DNA from: a virus
Lineage: Duplodnaviria; Caudoviricetes
Strand: one strand, 5' to 3'
Length of the DNA: 64,000 bases
IMG/VR virus record: IMGVR_UViG_3300037249_000541
Span: 32,001 to 96,000 of that record
Shown here: positions 1 through 10,164 of the stretch, one piece after another
Layout of the letters: each line of letters begins with the position of its first letter
Numbering within the stretch: position 1 is the stretch's first letter
Notes under the pieces: generated by a model
Seen by the model: only the letters and a program-made list of their open reading frames with translations
The model's database searches: none
What the model was told of the DNA's origin: nothing
Position numbers and translations under genes: made by a program

Positions 1-93
1 TTCCTTTTATTATCTTTGGCAAAAATACAAATGATAATATTATGGTAACAACTATAATTAGAATTAGTATTATATTAGTTATATCTATGTCAT

Positions 94-1101
94 TCATTTT
101 ACTCTGTTTTTTATTGCCATTTCTACTGCGTTTTGTGCTATAATTTTATGTAATATAGGATTAACCTCAGATTCCATCCTATGACTAAATCCATATACTG
201 TCAATTGGTCTGGGAGTTCGTCAACAATTATTGGATTTGGTCTTTTGATATATCTACAAAGGTATTTCCCAATCTTATACTTTGATATTAATTCTATCAA
301 TTGTGGTCTATCATCATCTCTTAATGCATAAGGATTTATATCTCCAAGAAGAGTACCATCTTTCATCGTTGATTCATTCTTCATATAGTATGGAGTAGAA
401 TGATTATCATTCTCGTTGTATAGATGCCATAACCTAAGTATTCTACTATGAGCTTCCATTACATTTCTTGGGTGAGCTACATCCAATCTAAACACTCTTC
501 TTTCATTTGGTCTTCTAAAAGGATTCTGCATAGCTCTATAATACTCATCGTGTGTTATTGGCACCACAACAGCAGTGTTTCCATCCATACACTCTAAATC
601 TAAATCATCAAATGTTACTTGTTCGTATATGATATACATAAGCTTCTCTGGCAGAGTAACAGTAACACTGTCAGTCTTTATTTTATGAAAAGCATTAAGA
701 CTTTTTGTTATTGGTTGCTCTACAAGAGCTTCTTCCTCAGCATGATTCTTGTCAAATGAGTATGACTGCACAACTTTGTCATTTACACCAGTAGCAGTTT
801 TATAGTTTATAACGCCCCATATAGTATGACCTTCTTGGTCTTCACCTTGTCTATACCAATATTCTCTTTCTGGTCTTTCTTCTGGATTCTTAAAAGCCTC
901 AAATGTATAGACAAGATTACCAAGCATTCTTCTTCTCCTTTCTGTTTCCTCAAATGTTGATGAAGATGTGTTGCTATATAAGTCATCTATTATTTGCTCT
1001 TGAGCAAGTGTAAGCAGTAAGGACTTCTCGTAATTATCTATCACGAATCCTTTTAACCTTGTAGCTTGGTCTATATAGTCTATAAATTCTAATGTCGTCA
1101 T
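94..1101 (-). CDS. Tail ring/tubular protein (crAss-type)
   Basis: 335 aa; paralogous to the next ORF (shared YEKS.LL..A/S, PI..DEY/EY, RYIK/VRKP.PII, H..I.Q.AVE.A motifs); position downstream of MCP as in crAss-like phages. Confidence 0.7.
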   Translation of the reverse strand: MTTLEFIDYIDQATRLKGFVIDNYEKSLLLTLAQEQIIDDLYSNTSSSTFEETERRRRMLGNLVYTFEAFKNPEERPEREYWYRQGEDQEGHTIWGVINYKTATGVNDKVVQSYSFDKNHAEEEALVEQPITKSLNAFHKIKTDSVTVTLPEKLMYIIYEQVTFDDLDLECMDGNTAVVVPITHDEYYRAMQNPFRRPNERRVFRLDVAHPRNVMEAHSRILRLWHLYNENDNHSTPYYMKNESTMKDGTLLGDINPYALRDDDRPQLIELISKYKIGKYLCRYIKRPNPIIVDELPDQLTVYGFSHRMESEVNPILHKIIAQNAVEMAIKNRVK

Positions 1102-1103
1102 AA

Positions 1104-1934
1104 TTATTCGCTTCTTTGTCCTAAGTTAACCAATGTTTCTGTTTCGCCAGTTCTATAAATGCCCTTTGCTATTTCTACTGCCCTTTGAACTATCTCCTCA
1201 TGTATAGCTTCTGGAAGTTCACATTCTGTTATTTCTCCATATCCATCTATTGTTGTTCCATATTCTTCTTGGATATTTGTAAGAATTATAGGCTTTGGTT
1301 TTCTTACATATCTCATTGTATATCCAACAATCTTATAATTATAAGGAGCTATTATCTCAACCTCTCTGTTTTGCTCCAAGTCACCATTAGTTATGAGTCT
1401 CCAACATTCATGCCTTGCAGCTGGATATTTATAAACACCACCTCTATTTACTGTATATTCCTCATAATTTATTGGAGTTACGATAGCAGCATTTCTTAAT
1501 GTCATATTCGGTAATCCCACAACCTTTTCTATATAAGCTTCTTCATTTAGGAAAAACAGGAAATCTTCTGGTGTTTTAAATGTATATCTATTAAACCTGT
1601 CATCCATAAAGTTATCATTGAAAACATCATTTTTATCGTGGATTATGACAGATTCTTTATTAGTCCATACTTTTGTAAAGTTTATGTCATTCCTTGTGTC
1701 TTCAATGTATTTCTTTAAGGTATTAAGTACCGAGAAGTCATACTGCCTCTTTGCGGAGTCGTCATATCCTTCTTGGTACTTATTGCCTTTCGGATTGTAA
1801 TAGTTTTTGACAAGTTCGAGTTCAGACCTGCTAAGAAGCACTGACTTTTCATACTCGTCAATACCAGGACTCTGGTTGGACATTATGTTGTTATAGTACA
1901 CCTCAAAGGCATTGCTCATCTCTAAACTTGTCAT
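1104..1934 (-). CDS. Tail ring/tubular protein (crAss-type)
   Basis: 276 aa; YYNNIMSNQSPGIDEYEKSVLL N-terminus and CELPEAIHEEIVQRAVEIA C-terminus typical of crAss ring proteins. Confidence 0.7.
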   Translation of the reverse strand: MTSLEMSNAFEVYYNNIMSNQSPGIDEYEKSVLLSRSELELVKNYYNPKGNKYQEGYDDSAKRQYDFSVLNTLKKYIEDTRNDINFTKVWTNKESVIIHDKNDVFNDNFMDDRFNRYTFKTPEDFLFFLNEEAYIEKVVGLPNMTLRNAAIVTPINYEEYTVNRGGVYKYPAARHECWRLITNGDLEQNREVEIIAPYNYKIVGYTMRYVRKPKPIILTNIQEEYGTTIDGYGEITECELPEAIHEEIVQRAVEIAKGIYRTGETETLVNLGQRSE

Positions 1935-1944
1935 AATAATCTAT

Positions 1945-2955
1945 TTATTGTTGTTTAACCTTGTCTTTAATTTCAGCTTCTATCGTCAGTCTTAACTCCT
2001 GATTCTTTGGGTCATCAAGGAATCTTGCTGCAATCTGTTTAGTAGCTCTCTCTCCATCATTACATAGCGGAGTGTCAGTAGACTTATGGAACAGAAGGTC
2101 GTTTCTCATTACAAGTACGCCAGTTTCTAAGCCTTTCTTTATAACAACCTGAGCTTGTAGATGAGCGTCAGTTATTATGCTTAGGAATAGCTTAGGATTA
2201 CCTTGTAGATACTCATTAACCTTTGTTTGCAGTGTAACAATATTAACACCGTTTGTAGAATAAGGTCTACCAGACATCTGTTCGATGATAAGAGCAAGCT
2301 TATCTTTATCTTGGTTAATCTTGCCAAACTCCATATAACATTGCATTGTAGTTGACATATTGCTTTCTGCAAATGCAAGATTAGACTGCTCTGAAATTAT
2401 AACAAATTGGTAAGACTCCTTCGGCCTGTCTTGCAGTTCTTGCTGAGACTTACAAATAAACTCTGTATTTGCCAATAGAATCTTATATTTGATATAATCC
2501 TCTGGATTAGCAAGATTCAAATAATTATCACCTTTTTCAAGAGTTACAGTATTGATGCCATTAGGGTTACTATCGTCCCAGAAGTTGTCAGTCTTCTTAT
2601 AAATCGACATAGCATTAGGTTCAAGACCCATAGCATCTTCAAGATATTCTTTCTCTTCGTTTGTGAGAACATTAACAAAAAGACCATCGCTCCTCTTTGG
2701 TACTACAAATGTACGTTTTGCACCTTCTATCATACCGCCATAGATTAGATGTCTTTTGTCTGTGATTCCGTTCTTGTATGAAGGAACGAACCTTACTATA
2801 ATTCTTTCATTTCTAAGAGGGTTAACCAAATCAATAGTGTTCTTTACTATCGGTTCTGTTCTCTTGCCAAAGTTTGGGTTACCTCTTTTTGTTTTAGGAA
2901 TTTCTACTTTTACTTCCTTTTCTGCTTGTTCTAAATCAATGTCAAAATTCTCCAT
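1945..2955 (-). CDS. Conserved crAss-like protein downstream of major capsid
   Basis: 336 aa ORF in conserved synteny (MCP, this gene, ring proteins). Confidence 0.55.
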   Translation of the reverse strand: MENFDIDLEQAEKEVKVEIPKTKRGNPNFGKRTEPIVKNTIDLVNPLRNERIIVRFVPSYKNGITDKRHLIYGGMIEGAKRTFVVPKRSDGLFVNVLTNEEKEYLEDAMGLEPNAMSIYKKTDNFWDDSNPNGINTVTLEKGDNYLNLANPEDYIKYKILLANTEFICKSQQELQDRPKESYQFVIISEQSNLAFAESNMSTTMQCYMEFGKINQDKDKLALIIEQMSGRPYSTNGVNIVTLQTKVNEYLQGNPKLFLSIITDAHLQAQVVIKKGLETGVLVMRNDLLFHKSTDTPLCNDGERATKQIAARFLDDPKNQELRLTIEAEIKDKVKQQ

Positions 2956-2974
2956 TTTTAATTCTCCTATTTTT

Positions 2975-3014
2975 AAAAAGTTGTCAGAAGGATTGTTTTA
3001 ATCCTCCTGACAAC
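2975..3014 (-). terminator. Intrinsic terminator after major capsid gene
   Basis: Inverted repeat gttgtcag..ggatt / aatcc..ctgacaac followed by a T-run on the minus strand. Confidence 0.65.
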
Positions 3015-3027
3015 GTAAAGTTAATAA

Positions 3028-4527
3028 TTAGTATTCAAGTATAGCAGGAACTATTGAATAGGTTCTTGTCGGGTCTAATACGCAGATTCCGAGAGTTGCC
3101 TTCTTGTGGATAACTGCCGAATCTTCGTCGTAAGATGCGTGGGTAATGTCGGTTTCGCCAGTGAATGGGTTAGCGAATGGACCACATTGATAACCACGGA
3201 ACTCAGGACGATTCTTTACAGCACACTTGAAGATGTTTTGTTGCTCAGGTGTACCAATATCAAAGATGTCGTATCTATAAGAGAATGCTGGCCCACCATT
3301 GGGGTGCATTATCTTATTTCTTACGGTATCATCGTAAGTTGGGTCTACATTAATCTTGATTCTTACACCATTAGGAGCAAGATACTCTACAAACTGGAAG
3401 CCTGCGCTTAGAGCATTTGAATGTAGTGGCGATGTGGTGTTCTGAATACCAAATGCCTTACCGTCAACTGTGAATGCCTGCCAGCCAGATACTGTGTTAA
3501 GGATTGCCTTGTGGAACTGAGTAGCACCTCTTTCACCAGTTTGAAGGATAAATGTTCTCTCGCCAAAGCCAAGCTTAGCAGCAGATAGTTCATAAAGGAT
3601 TTCCTCGATAAGTCTTAGCGAGAATGTATTGTAGTACCTTATATTTGCAGATGACATCTGTGCGTACAGACCATCACCAGTCTTAATAGGTCTACCAGAC
3701 TTACCGATGTTAAGCCTTTGCTCGTGAGGAGTCTTGTTTGACTTACCAAATGCAAGAGCGTTGTTCTTATATTCTGCAAACTTCTGCTCTATCTCCCAGT
3801 CAACCCTTTGCATCCAAGCAGAGATTACTTTCTTGTTGCCGTTGTCGTCTACGATAGGAATTGGAACAGCAAGCTTGTCGTCGATAAGCGCACCACCAAC
3901 CTTGTGCTGGATTCTGATTGTAGAGAACTCATTCTTCATAGCAGTATGCGTAGCATGGTTGATGTCGCCAACCTTTCTTGATAGGTCGTCCTCTACGAAA
4001 GCTGCTTCGTAGCTGAATTTCTCACCAGGAAGAAGTCTGTTAGCTGGAACACCAGCTGTGTTGCCGCCTGCAAGTTCTACTCTATACTTAACATAGGTAC
4101 CTTCCTTAATTGGGTCGCCAAGAATTCTGAACTGATAAAGTTCGTTCATATTACCTACGATGTATTCACCGTCGTAGAAATACTCTTCCTCAAAGTATAG
4201 GTAGAATGGAGCTGTACCAACACCTACATTACCAGAAGTCTTGTCTACTTCTTGACCGTTCTCATCCACTGCAAACGCAAGAGGAATGTTACGCCTTGAA
4301 GAACCTATAATTTCCCAATAGAACTCATCGTCCCTGTCAAATGTCTTTGTAGGGAACTGTGATAAGAAAGATTCAAGAGTCTTCGCTCTATTGGCAGCAA
4401 AGACACGAATCATCATCTCCGAAGCCTTTTGTGGCATCTTCATAGCGAGCATCGCCATAGCTGGATGGTCTTTAACGTCCATGCCGCCCCACGTAGTAAG
4501 CTTCCATAGTTGTTGATTATTAGCCAT
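3028..4527 (-). CDS. Major capsid protein (HK97 fold, crAss-type)
   Basis: 499 aa; IGSSRRNIPL, LLPGEKFS, MKNEFSTIR, TGERGA.QFHKA, LSAGFQFVEY.APNG, DP.YDD.VRNKI.HP.GG motifs of crAss-like MCPs. Confidence 0.9.
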   Translation of the reverse strand: MANNQQLWKLTTWGGMDVKDHPAMAMLAMKMPQKASEMMIRVFAANRAKTLESFLSQFPTKTFDRDDEFYWEIIGSSRRNIPLAFAVDENGQEVDKTSGNVGVGTAPFYLYFEEEYFYDGEYIVGNMNELYQFRILGDPIKEGTYVKYRVELAGGNTAGVPANRLLPGEKFSYEAAFVEDDLSRKVGDINHATHTAMKNEFSTIRIQHKVGGALIDDKLAVPIPIVDDNGNKKVISAWMQRVDWEIEQKFAEYKNNALAFGKSNKTPHEQRLNIGKSGRPIKTGDGLYAQMSSANIRYYNTFSLRLIEEILYELSAAKLGFGERTFILQTGERGATQFHKAILNTVSGWQAFTVDGKAFGIQNTTSPLHSNALSAGFQFVEYLAPNGVRIKINVDPTYDDTVRNKIMHPNGGPAFSYRYDIFDIGTPEQQNIFKCAVKNRPEFRGYQCGPFANPFTGETDITHASYDEDSAVIHKKATLGICVLDPTRTYSIVPAILEY

Positions 4528-4548
4528 ATTAATTAAATTAAATTGTTA

Positions 4549-5655
4549 TTATTCTGTTAAATCTATTTTCCAACCTCCCTTGAAGTCGCTGTTTGTATTA
4601 TCGCCAAACAGCTTCATACTTCCTTCTGTATTTACACTTCCTTTGAGTACATCTTCCAGTTGTGAAAATCCGTTTTTAACAGCTTTTTGAGCCACTGGAT
4701 TAAACAATTTCCCAAAGTTAGTAAATCCATCAGTCAGTGCATAAAAGGCTCCAAAATACCTCAAAAAGTCCATATGATTTTCCATTTCGTACTTCTGCAA
4801 GTCTGTTGCATACGCACCATTTGGAAGCTTATGCTTAGGTTTTAAGACTGTATCAATAATCTTTTCTTTCATCTTGTCATCAAGTGCAAGTGAACCAAAA
4901 GCCTTATCCTTACTTTTTACAGTCTTTTTGAACTCTTCGTCCTCCTCCGCTCTCTTCTTCTTGAAGTCTTCTAATTCAGCCTTCTTCTTGTTTACTTCAT
5001 TGTCATAAGCATTTTTATATATCTCTTTAAGTTCGTTAAGGGCATCCAGTGCGTCTTCGATGTCTGTTCCAGCTGTCATAGATTTCTCTACTTCTTTCTT
5101 GGCTTTTTCATCAGGAAAGCCTATCATACTTCTAAATTGGTATATCAAAGCTTTTCTTAGATTTTCGCCATCCTTAGACTCGTCCTTGACATTCTCTTCT
5201 TTAAGACTAAAAAGATTATGGAGTGTATTCTCGTACTCCTGAATCTTCTCAGGTTGAACACCATAATTCAAAGCGTCACTTATTCTCTTTTGCTGTGCCG
5301 TAAGCCTTGAATCAACTTGTGTTTCAAACATCTTCTTAAAAGAAACCGCATCAGTTATACCTTCTATATCAAGGTCTGGAAATACCCCTTCGTCCTTCAA
5401 TGCCTTGGCAATGGAAGAGAATACGTTAGGAGAAACCTCGGCATTACGCTCTGGGGTATTTTCCTTACCTCTCTCACCACCTCCGCTCTCCTGACTTTGG
5501 TTTGTCCCATTGTCATCAGTGGTTTTATTTTCTTCTTTTTCCTCTTTCTTTTCTTCTTCTTGTGTCGGTTTTATGTCTTCTGCATTATTAGCGACACTTT
5601 TATTAAAAATAGCAGCAATTTCATCTGCTGTAAATACTTCTGTTTCTTCTCCCAT
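4549..5655 (-). CDS. Putative capsid scaffolding/assembly protein
   Basis: 368 aa; acidic disordered N-terminus plus coiled coil; immediately upstream of MCP. Confidence 0.55.
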   Translation of the reverse strand: MGEETEVFTADEIAAIFNKSVANNAEDIKPTQEEEKKEEKEENKTTDDNGTNQSQESGGGERGKENTPERNAEVSPNVFSSIAKALKDEGVFPDLDIEGITDAVSFKKMFETQVDSRLTAQQKRISDALNYGVQPEKIQEYENTLHNLFSLKEENVKDESKDGENLRKALIYQFRSMIGFPDEKAKKEVEKSMTAGTDIEDALDALNELKEIYKNAYDNEVNKKKAELEDFKKKRAEEDEEFKKTVKSKDKAFGSLALDDKMKEKIIDTVLKPKHKLPNGAYATDLQKYEMENHMDFLRYFGAFYALTDGFTNFGKLFNPVAQKAVKNGFSQLEDVLKGSVNTEGSMKLFGDNTNSDFKGGWKIDLTE

Positions 5656-5685
5656 TTTTAATTCTCCTATATTTATATTGTTTTT

Positions 5686-7464
5686 TTAATCTCCAAATAT
5701 ATTTCGTGCTATTACTTTATTATCATCTTTAGTAAGACTGGATGAACTATCATAAATAAATTCACCGCTTACAGATGCTGCTGATGACACATCAAAATAA
5801 GAGCAAGAATGGCTACCTATAGCACCAGTACCTAAATTACTTAATATTTTAAGATTTGGTGAACCTATAGGAGACCCAAAGTTTATAGTTATTTTTCCTC
5901 CGCTTACTAAGGCAGAATTATCTCCTGTACCACTATTTGTAACCCAAGTGCAGAAATAAAAGTATATTGTACAACTCGTACTGGAACTTGTACTCCATAC
6001 TTTTATAAAGTTATTACTTCTTCCAGAGGATTGTTTAACTGAACCATTAAATTGGCATTTATCAAACGTGTACTTATTATGCACGCCAGAATCACCATAG
6101 AATGTTATAAGATAATCACTTTTATTCGGTTCTTCCCCAACAACCTCAAACCTGGTGTTGTTGAATTTACAGCTTCTTCCTCTAAATTTAAGTGGGTCTG
6201 TATATTTTAAGCTATAGTCATTACCATTTACAGTAATAGTAGACAAATTATAATCAAGGCAATTGGTAAGAGTTATATCTGAAGCAAAATGCACTCTCAC
6301 TTGAACAGGAGTTATAACCCCATCTATTGCGTAACCAGTTGTTACGTAAGACTTATTGCTATCTGTTATAGCAGTAATTTCATTTGTTCTATTTATAGGA
6401 TAACCCCTTGATATTGCTACTGCCTTAAAGAAGTCAAGCTCGGTCTTTGCGGTAATATCATAGAACTCAATATCTATACCTTCATATTCAGGCTTCTCAG
6501 GAAGCGTAACTCTTATTGGGATATTATTTATACTTGCTACATTAGACGTCTGCCCATAAGCTAATGTTGTATTATTATCTACAACCTGTATATTTGCTAT
6601 TTTATTGGTTACTACAGAAGTGCTGTTTACTCTTACATCAGTTACTGGGGTATCTCCAGAATCACCAGCATCACCTTTGTCTCCCTTATCACCTTTCTCT
6701 CCTTTAAGGGAAGCAAGCCACTCAGATTCTGTCCCTACAAAGCCATTATCTACAGCTATTTGGTAAGCAGACTTACCATTTTGTCCATCTTGACCATCTT
6801 GCCCATTGGCACCATCAGAGCCATTAATACCATCAGCACCATCTTGTCCTTTTAAAGATACAAGCCATTGCTGTTCAGTACCAACAAAACCATTATCTAA
6901 AGCTATTTGATATGCCGATTTGCCATCCTGACCATCAGTTCCAGTATCACCAGTATCTCCTTTATCACCTTTGTCTCCCTTGTCGCCTTTATCTCCTTTT
7001 TCACCAGATACTGTATCAACCGCTATTTTAAATGTTACAGATTTTGGAGTAAATTCATCATTGTCTTCTCTTGTTATATGCACATTTTCTGAATCTGCAA
7101 TAACATTATATTCTTTGCCTTCCTCGATATTAAATATCTGAGTATTGCCGTTGGTACTTGTTATTGTCATAATATTTGTATCTCCATCTTTTTGAACTGA
7201 TATTGCCTTGACTGTTTCTGGCAAATCAACATCTGTTATTTCACCATCAGTATATACAAACCTCAATGTACGACCAGAATTAACAATAGTAGTTTCTCTA
7301 ATTGAACGTACATCATTTTGTTTACTAATTGCATTTATAAGCTCTTCAACTGTCTTATTAGTTCCTGGTTGTAACACAGCAGTAGTAGAAGTAATAGGAT
7401 ATACATCTTCTGTTCCACTTCCACCAGCTAAATCGCTTTTGATTAATCTTGTTATTTGTCCCAT
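5686..7464 (-). CDS. Collagen-repeat fibre protein
   Basis: G-X-Y runs (GEKGDKGDKGDK) and two GKSAYQIA.DNGFVGTE..WL.SLKG repeats; beta-rich C-terminus. Confidence 0.7.
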   Translation of the reverse strand: MGQITRLIKSDLAGGSGTEDVYPITSTTAVLQPGTNKTVEELINAISKQNDVRSIRETTIVNSGRTLRFVYTDGEITDVDLPETVKAISVQKDGDTNIMTITSTNGNTQIFNIEEGKEYNVIADSENVHITREDNDEFTPKSVTFKIAVDTVSGEKGDKGDKGDKGDKGDTGDTGTDGQDGKSAYQIALDNGFVGTEQQWLVSLKGQDGADGINGSDGANGQDGQDGQNGKSAYQIAVDNGFVGTESEWLASLKGEKGDKGDKGDAGDSGDTPVTDVRVNSTSVVTNKIANIQVVDNNTTLAYGQTSNVASINNIPIRVTLPEKPEYEGIDIEFYDITAKTELDFFKAVAISRGYPINRTNEITAITDSNKSYVTTGYAIDGVITPVQVRVHFASDITLTNCLDYNLSTITVNGNDYSLKYTDPLKFRGRSCKFNNTRFEVVGEEPNKSDYLITFYGDSGVHNKYTFDKCQFNGSVKQSSGRSNNFIKVWSTSSSTSCTIYFYFCTWVTNSGTGDNSALVSGGKITINFGSPIGSPNLKILSNLGTGAIGSHSCSYFDVSSAASVSGEFIYDSSSSLTKDDNKVIARNIFGD

Positions 7465-7480
7465 ATTTTTAAAATTTTTG

Positions 7481-7488
7481 CAAATTTA
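7481..7488 (-). promoter_or_regulatory. Bacteroidota-type -7 promoter element
   Basis: TAAATTTG (TAnnTTTG) on the minus strand just upstream of the 7464 start. Confidence 0.45.
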
Positions 7489-7767
7489 ATATGGTTTGAC
7501 ATAAAAGATTTTCGATATAAAGAAACTGTTAATATAAATATAAATAAAAGAATATTAAAATAAGATGTTTTTAAAGACCTTGTACATTTTCTGAACGATA
7601 TAACCAATCAAATATGCAGCATCTTCACTGCTTTTTCATTTTATTACTTGTTTAACTGATTAAAAACTTGATAATTCTTGCTAATTCTGCAAGAACTTGC
7701 AAGAATTATCAAGCGCAAATATAGATACTAATAAGTAATACTTAAAGTTAATTATTGTTAATGTTTA

Positions 7768-9687
7768 TTAATTATCATCTGATACAGTAAAACTCCCACT
7801 ACTTGCCACATTTCCATAGAATACGTCATTCACCGTATCATACATACCGCACTCTCCTGCCTGGCGTGCTATTCCATTAGCATCGTATTTTGAGGGGATG
7901 GAGCGGAGGAGTTTGACTGGGATGTAACGTTCTACACCATCAACGGTGATTGCAGAGATAGATATTTTAAAACTATTACTACTGTGTATATCAATGCTGT
8001 TAGGTGGGAACCCATATTTGGTTACATTTGAGCCGTTACACTTAAATGTAGTTCCATCAGAAATGAATGTGCTTGGATTGTCCAAGTGGTACTTCCCTAC
8101 AACATCAGTATTTCGTGTCAAGTCCCAACACGTCAATGCTGATGAAGTATTATCCTCATTACTTTTATAATGATAGGTATATCTACTTGACGCTTGTAAT
8201 ATAACTACATTGTTATTGTTAGATAAGTTTTCTATAGTACATTCAAACACCTCAGAGTTAAGAGGGAGGATACATTTTCCATCCTCAACAATTAGTTTAT
8301 CGTGCACCTCATAATCCACTCCTTCCGCTAAATTCACTGCCTTGAACGTTCCACTTGATGCAACATTGCCGTAGAACTTATCACTAACCAAATCCCACAT
8401 ACCTGATGTACCTTTTGTACGGGCTATGTTATTAGCGTCCATAGATGCAGGCAAGTCCATAGTGAGGGTGCAGGGGATATAACGTTCAATGCCATCAACG
8501 GTGATTGAGGAAGTATCAAAGATTGCACCATCACTGATACTCACAACTTTCCACTTGATACTTCCAATAGGAAAATCGTATTGTTGGACTTGTTCTTCGT
8601 TAAATGTTAAAGAAGATGCTGAAGAATTAATAGCAACAATTCCATTTACTGATGCTAATGAAGAGTTAGATTTATATATGACTGTATTATTTTCAAAATC
8701 ATAAATATTTATTATATTATAATTACACGAATACGAAAAAGCAGCACTCCCAGTCCATAGATATGAATTATTGTCGTATTTAATAAACTTTCTCGTAAAG
8801 TTAAAGACTGAGGAATTAATTGGCAAACTTATAAATTCGGCATTAGCCGACCCATTGCTATCAAAATGCAGCCACTCCTTCCTCTCATAGTAGTTCTCCA
8901 CAGTAAATGTACCTACGCTATTCACATTACCGTAGAACTTCCCACTAATCAAGTCTATCATTCCACATTCTCCCACTTGTCTCCTGATGCCATTAGCGTC
9001 AAGCCATTTAGGTACAGGTTTGAGGAGTTGACAAGGAATCATATTGACTTTATCAACATTGAATGTAGAGTCAGTGATACGGAAGTAGGCGATGTCGCCG
9101 TGGAAATATCTTTTTTTATTAACATTGTAACTAAAAATCCATAGACTTTTACTGAAAACCATTGTAGTTCCGTCTAAATTGGTAGGGTAACTAAATTGTA
9201 CTCCATTTACACGAAAATAAAAATTTTCTCCTTCAATATGTAAATCGGTTATATCGGCATCAGTAATATGCTCCCCAGTTTCGTAAAAACCATCAGTAAT
9301 TAAACAAAACTGTACAGCCAAGCGATTGAAGCTATTAATATATGCTCGACATCTATATATGGTATCATCCGAAACTTTCTCATATAAGCCAAAAATCTCT
9401 TGCTCTTCATCGTCAGGATTTTTCGTTACTCCATCATACCTATAATGGCAACTAATGCTGTCGCTATGTAGGGGGATGTAGTCCGTATCAATATACGCCC
9501 CGTTCCTGCCGCACAGCCAATGGAATTTCTCATAATCCTCACCTTCAATCAGTGCATCTTTCCTTCTATACACCAACTTCACTGAGTTATTAGTATCAGC
9601 GTACCATATCTCTTTAACTCCTATTGTAGAGTTATTTGAATCTGCAAGTGCTACGTATGTAATATTCTTATTATTTAACTTTATCAT
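7768..9687 (-). CDS. Fibre/receptor-binding-like protein with three tandem repeated domains
   Basis: 639 aa; three copies of IP..L....P...DAN.I.R..G..GM.D.....FYGNV.S.G.F. Confidence 0.55.
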   Translation of the reverse strand: MIKLNNKNITYVALADSNNSTIGVKEIWYADTNNSVKLVYRRKDALIEGEDYEKFHWLCGRNGAYIDTDYIPLHSDSISCHYRYDGVTKNPDDEEQEIFGLYEKVSDDTIYRCRAYINSFNRLAVQFCLITDGFYETGEHITDADITDLHIEGENFYFRVNGVQFSYPTNLDGTTMVFSKSLWIFSYNVNKKRYFHGDIAYFRITDSTFNVDKVNMIPCQLLKPVPKWLDANGIRRQVGECGMIDLISGKFYGNVNSVGTFTVENYYERKEWLHFDSNGSANAEFISLPINSSVFNFTRKFIKYDNNSYLWTGSAAFSYSCNYNIINIYDFENNTVIYKSNSSLASVNGIVAINSSASSLTFNEEQVQQYDFPIGSIKWKVVSISDGAIFDTSSITVDGIERYIPCTLTMDLPASMDANNIARTKGTSGMWDLVSDKFYGNVASSGTFKAVNLAEGVDYEVHDKLIVEDGKCILPLNSEVFECTIENLSNNNNVVILQASSRYTYHYKSNEDNTSSALTCWDLTRNTDVVGKYHLDNPSTFISDGTTFKCNGSNVTKYGFPPNSIDIHSSNSFKISISAITVDGVERYIPVKLLRSIPSKYDANGIARQAGECGMYDTVNDVFYGNVASSGSFTVSDDN

Positions 9688-9754
9688 AGTTAACTCTTAA
9701 ATTTAAAAGCCACTGAGAATAACTAAATCCACAGTGGCTTAATGTTTCTCGCCA

Positions 9755-9762
9755 CAAAGGTA
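9755..9762 (-). promoter_or_regulatory. Bacteroidota-type -7 promoter element
   Basis: TACCTTTG on the minus strand in the intergenic gap upstream of 9687. Confidence 0.4.
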
Positions 9763-9792
9763 ATAATTTTGAAAGCAAATCACAACAATTAA

Positions 9793-10152
9793 TTACTCAG
9801 TGGGTTCTTCTGCAGGAGTAATCTCCTTTACTACTGGACGGTCATAAGTGAAGTTAATCTTCACAATCTCTTCTACGGGAATCAAATCTTCAACTTGGTG
9901 ATAAGTCTCAGTGATTTGTGTGTCAGTAGTTACGATTGAAGGATTAGTGTCCTTTGGAGAAGGCATTGTAAGAACTCCATCAGTTACAGAGGGAATCCTA
10001 CTTCCCCAATAGCCGTTTTTGAGGTCATAGGCAATCTTTTCACCGTTCCTCAATACAATCGTCATCTTAGGATTGATGCCCTTGTAAGTTGTCTTAATTT
10101 TGTCCAATTCACTGCCATTGACAATGATGGACGTTACTTGATTTTCTGTCAT
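9793..10152 (-). CDS. Small putative virion protein
   Basis: 119 aa ORF within the structural block. Confidence 0.4.
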   Translation of the reverse strand: MTENQVTSIIVNGSELDKIKTTYKGINPKMTIVLRNGEKIAYDLKNGYWGSRIPSVTDGVLTMPSPKDTNPSIVTTDTQITETYHQVEDLIPVEEIVKINFTYDRPVVKEITPAEEPTE

Positions 10153-10164
10153 AGTTAGTTATAT

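Noticed and set aside
7768-9687. Diversity-generating retroelement target/template repeats
   Set aside because: Repeats are in-frame domain duplications differing at all base types; no reverse transcriptase in the window
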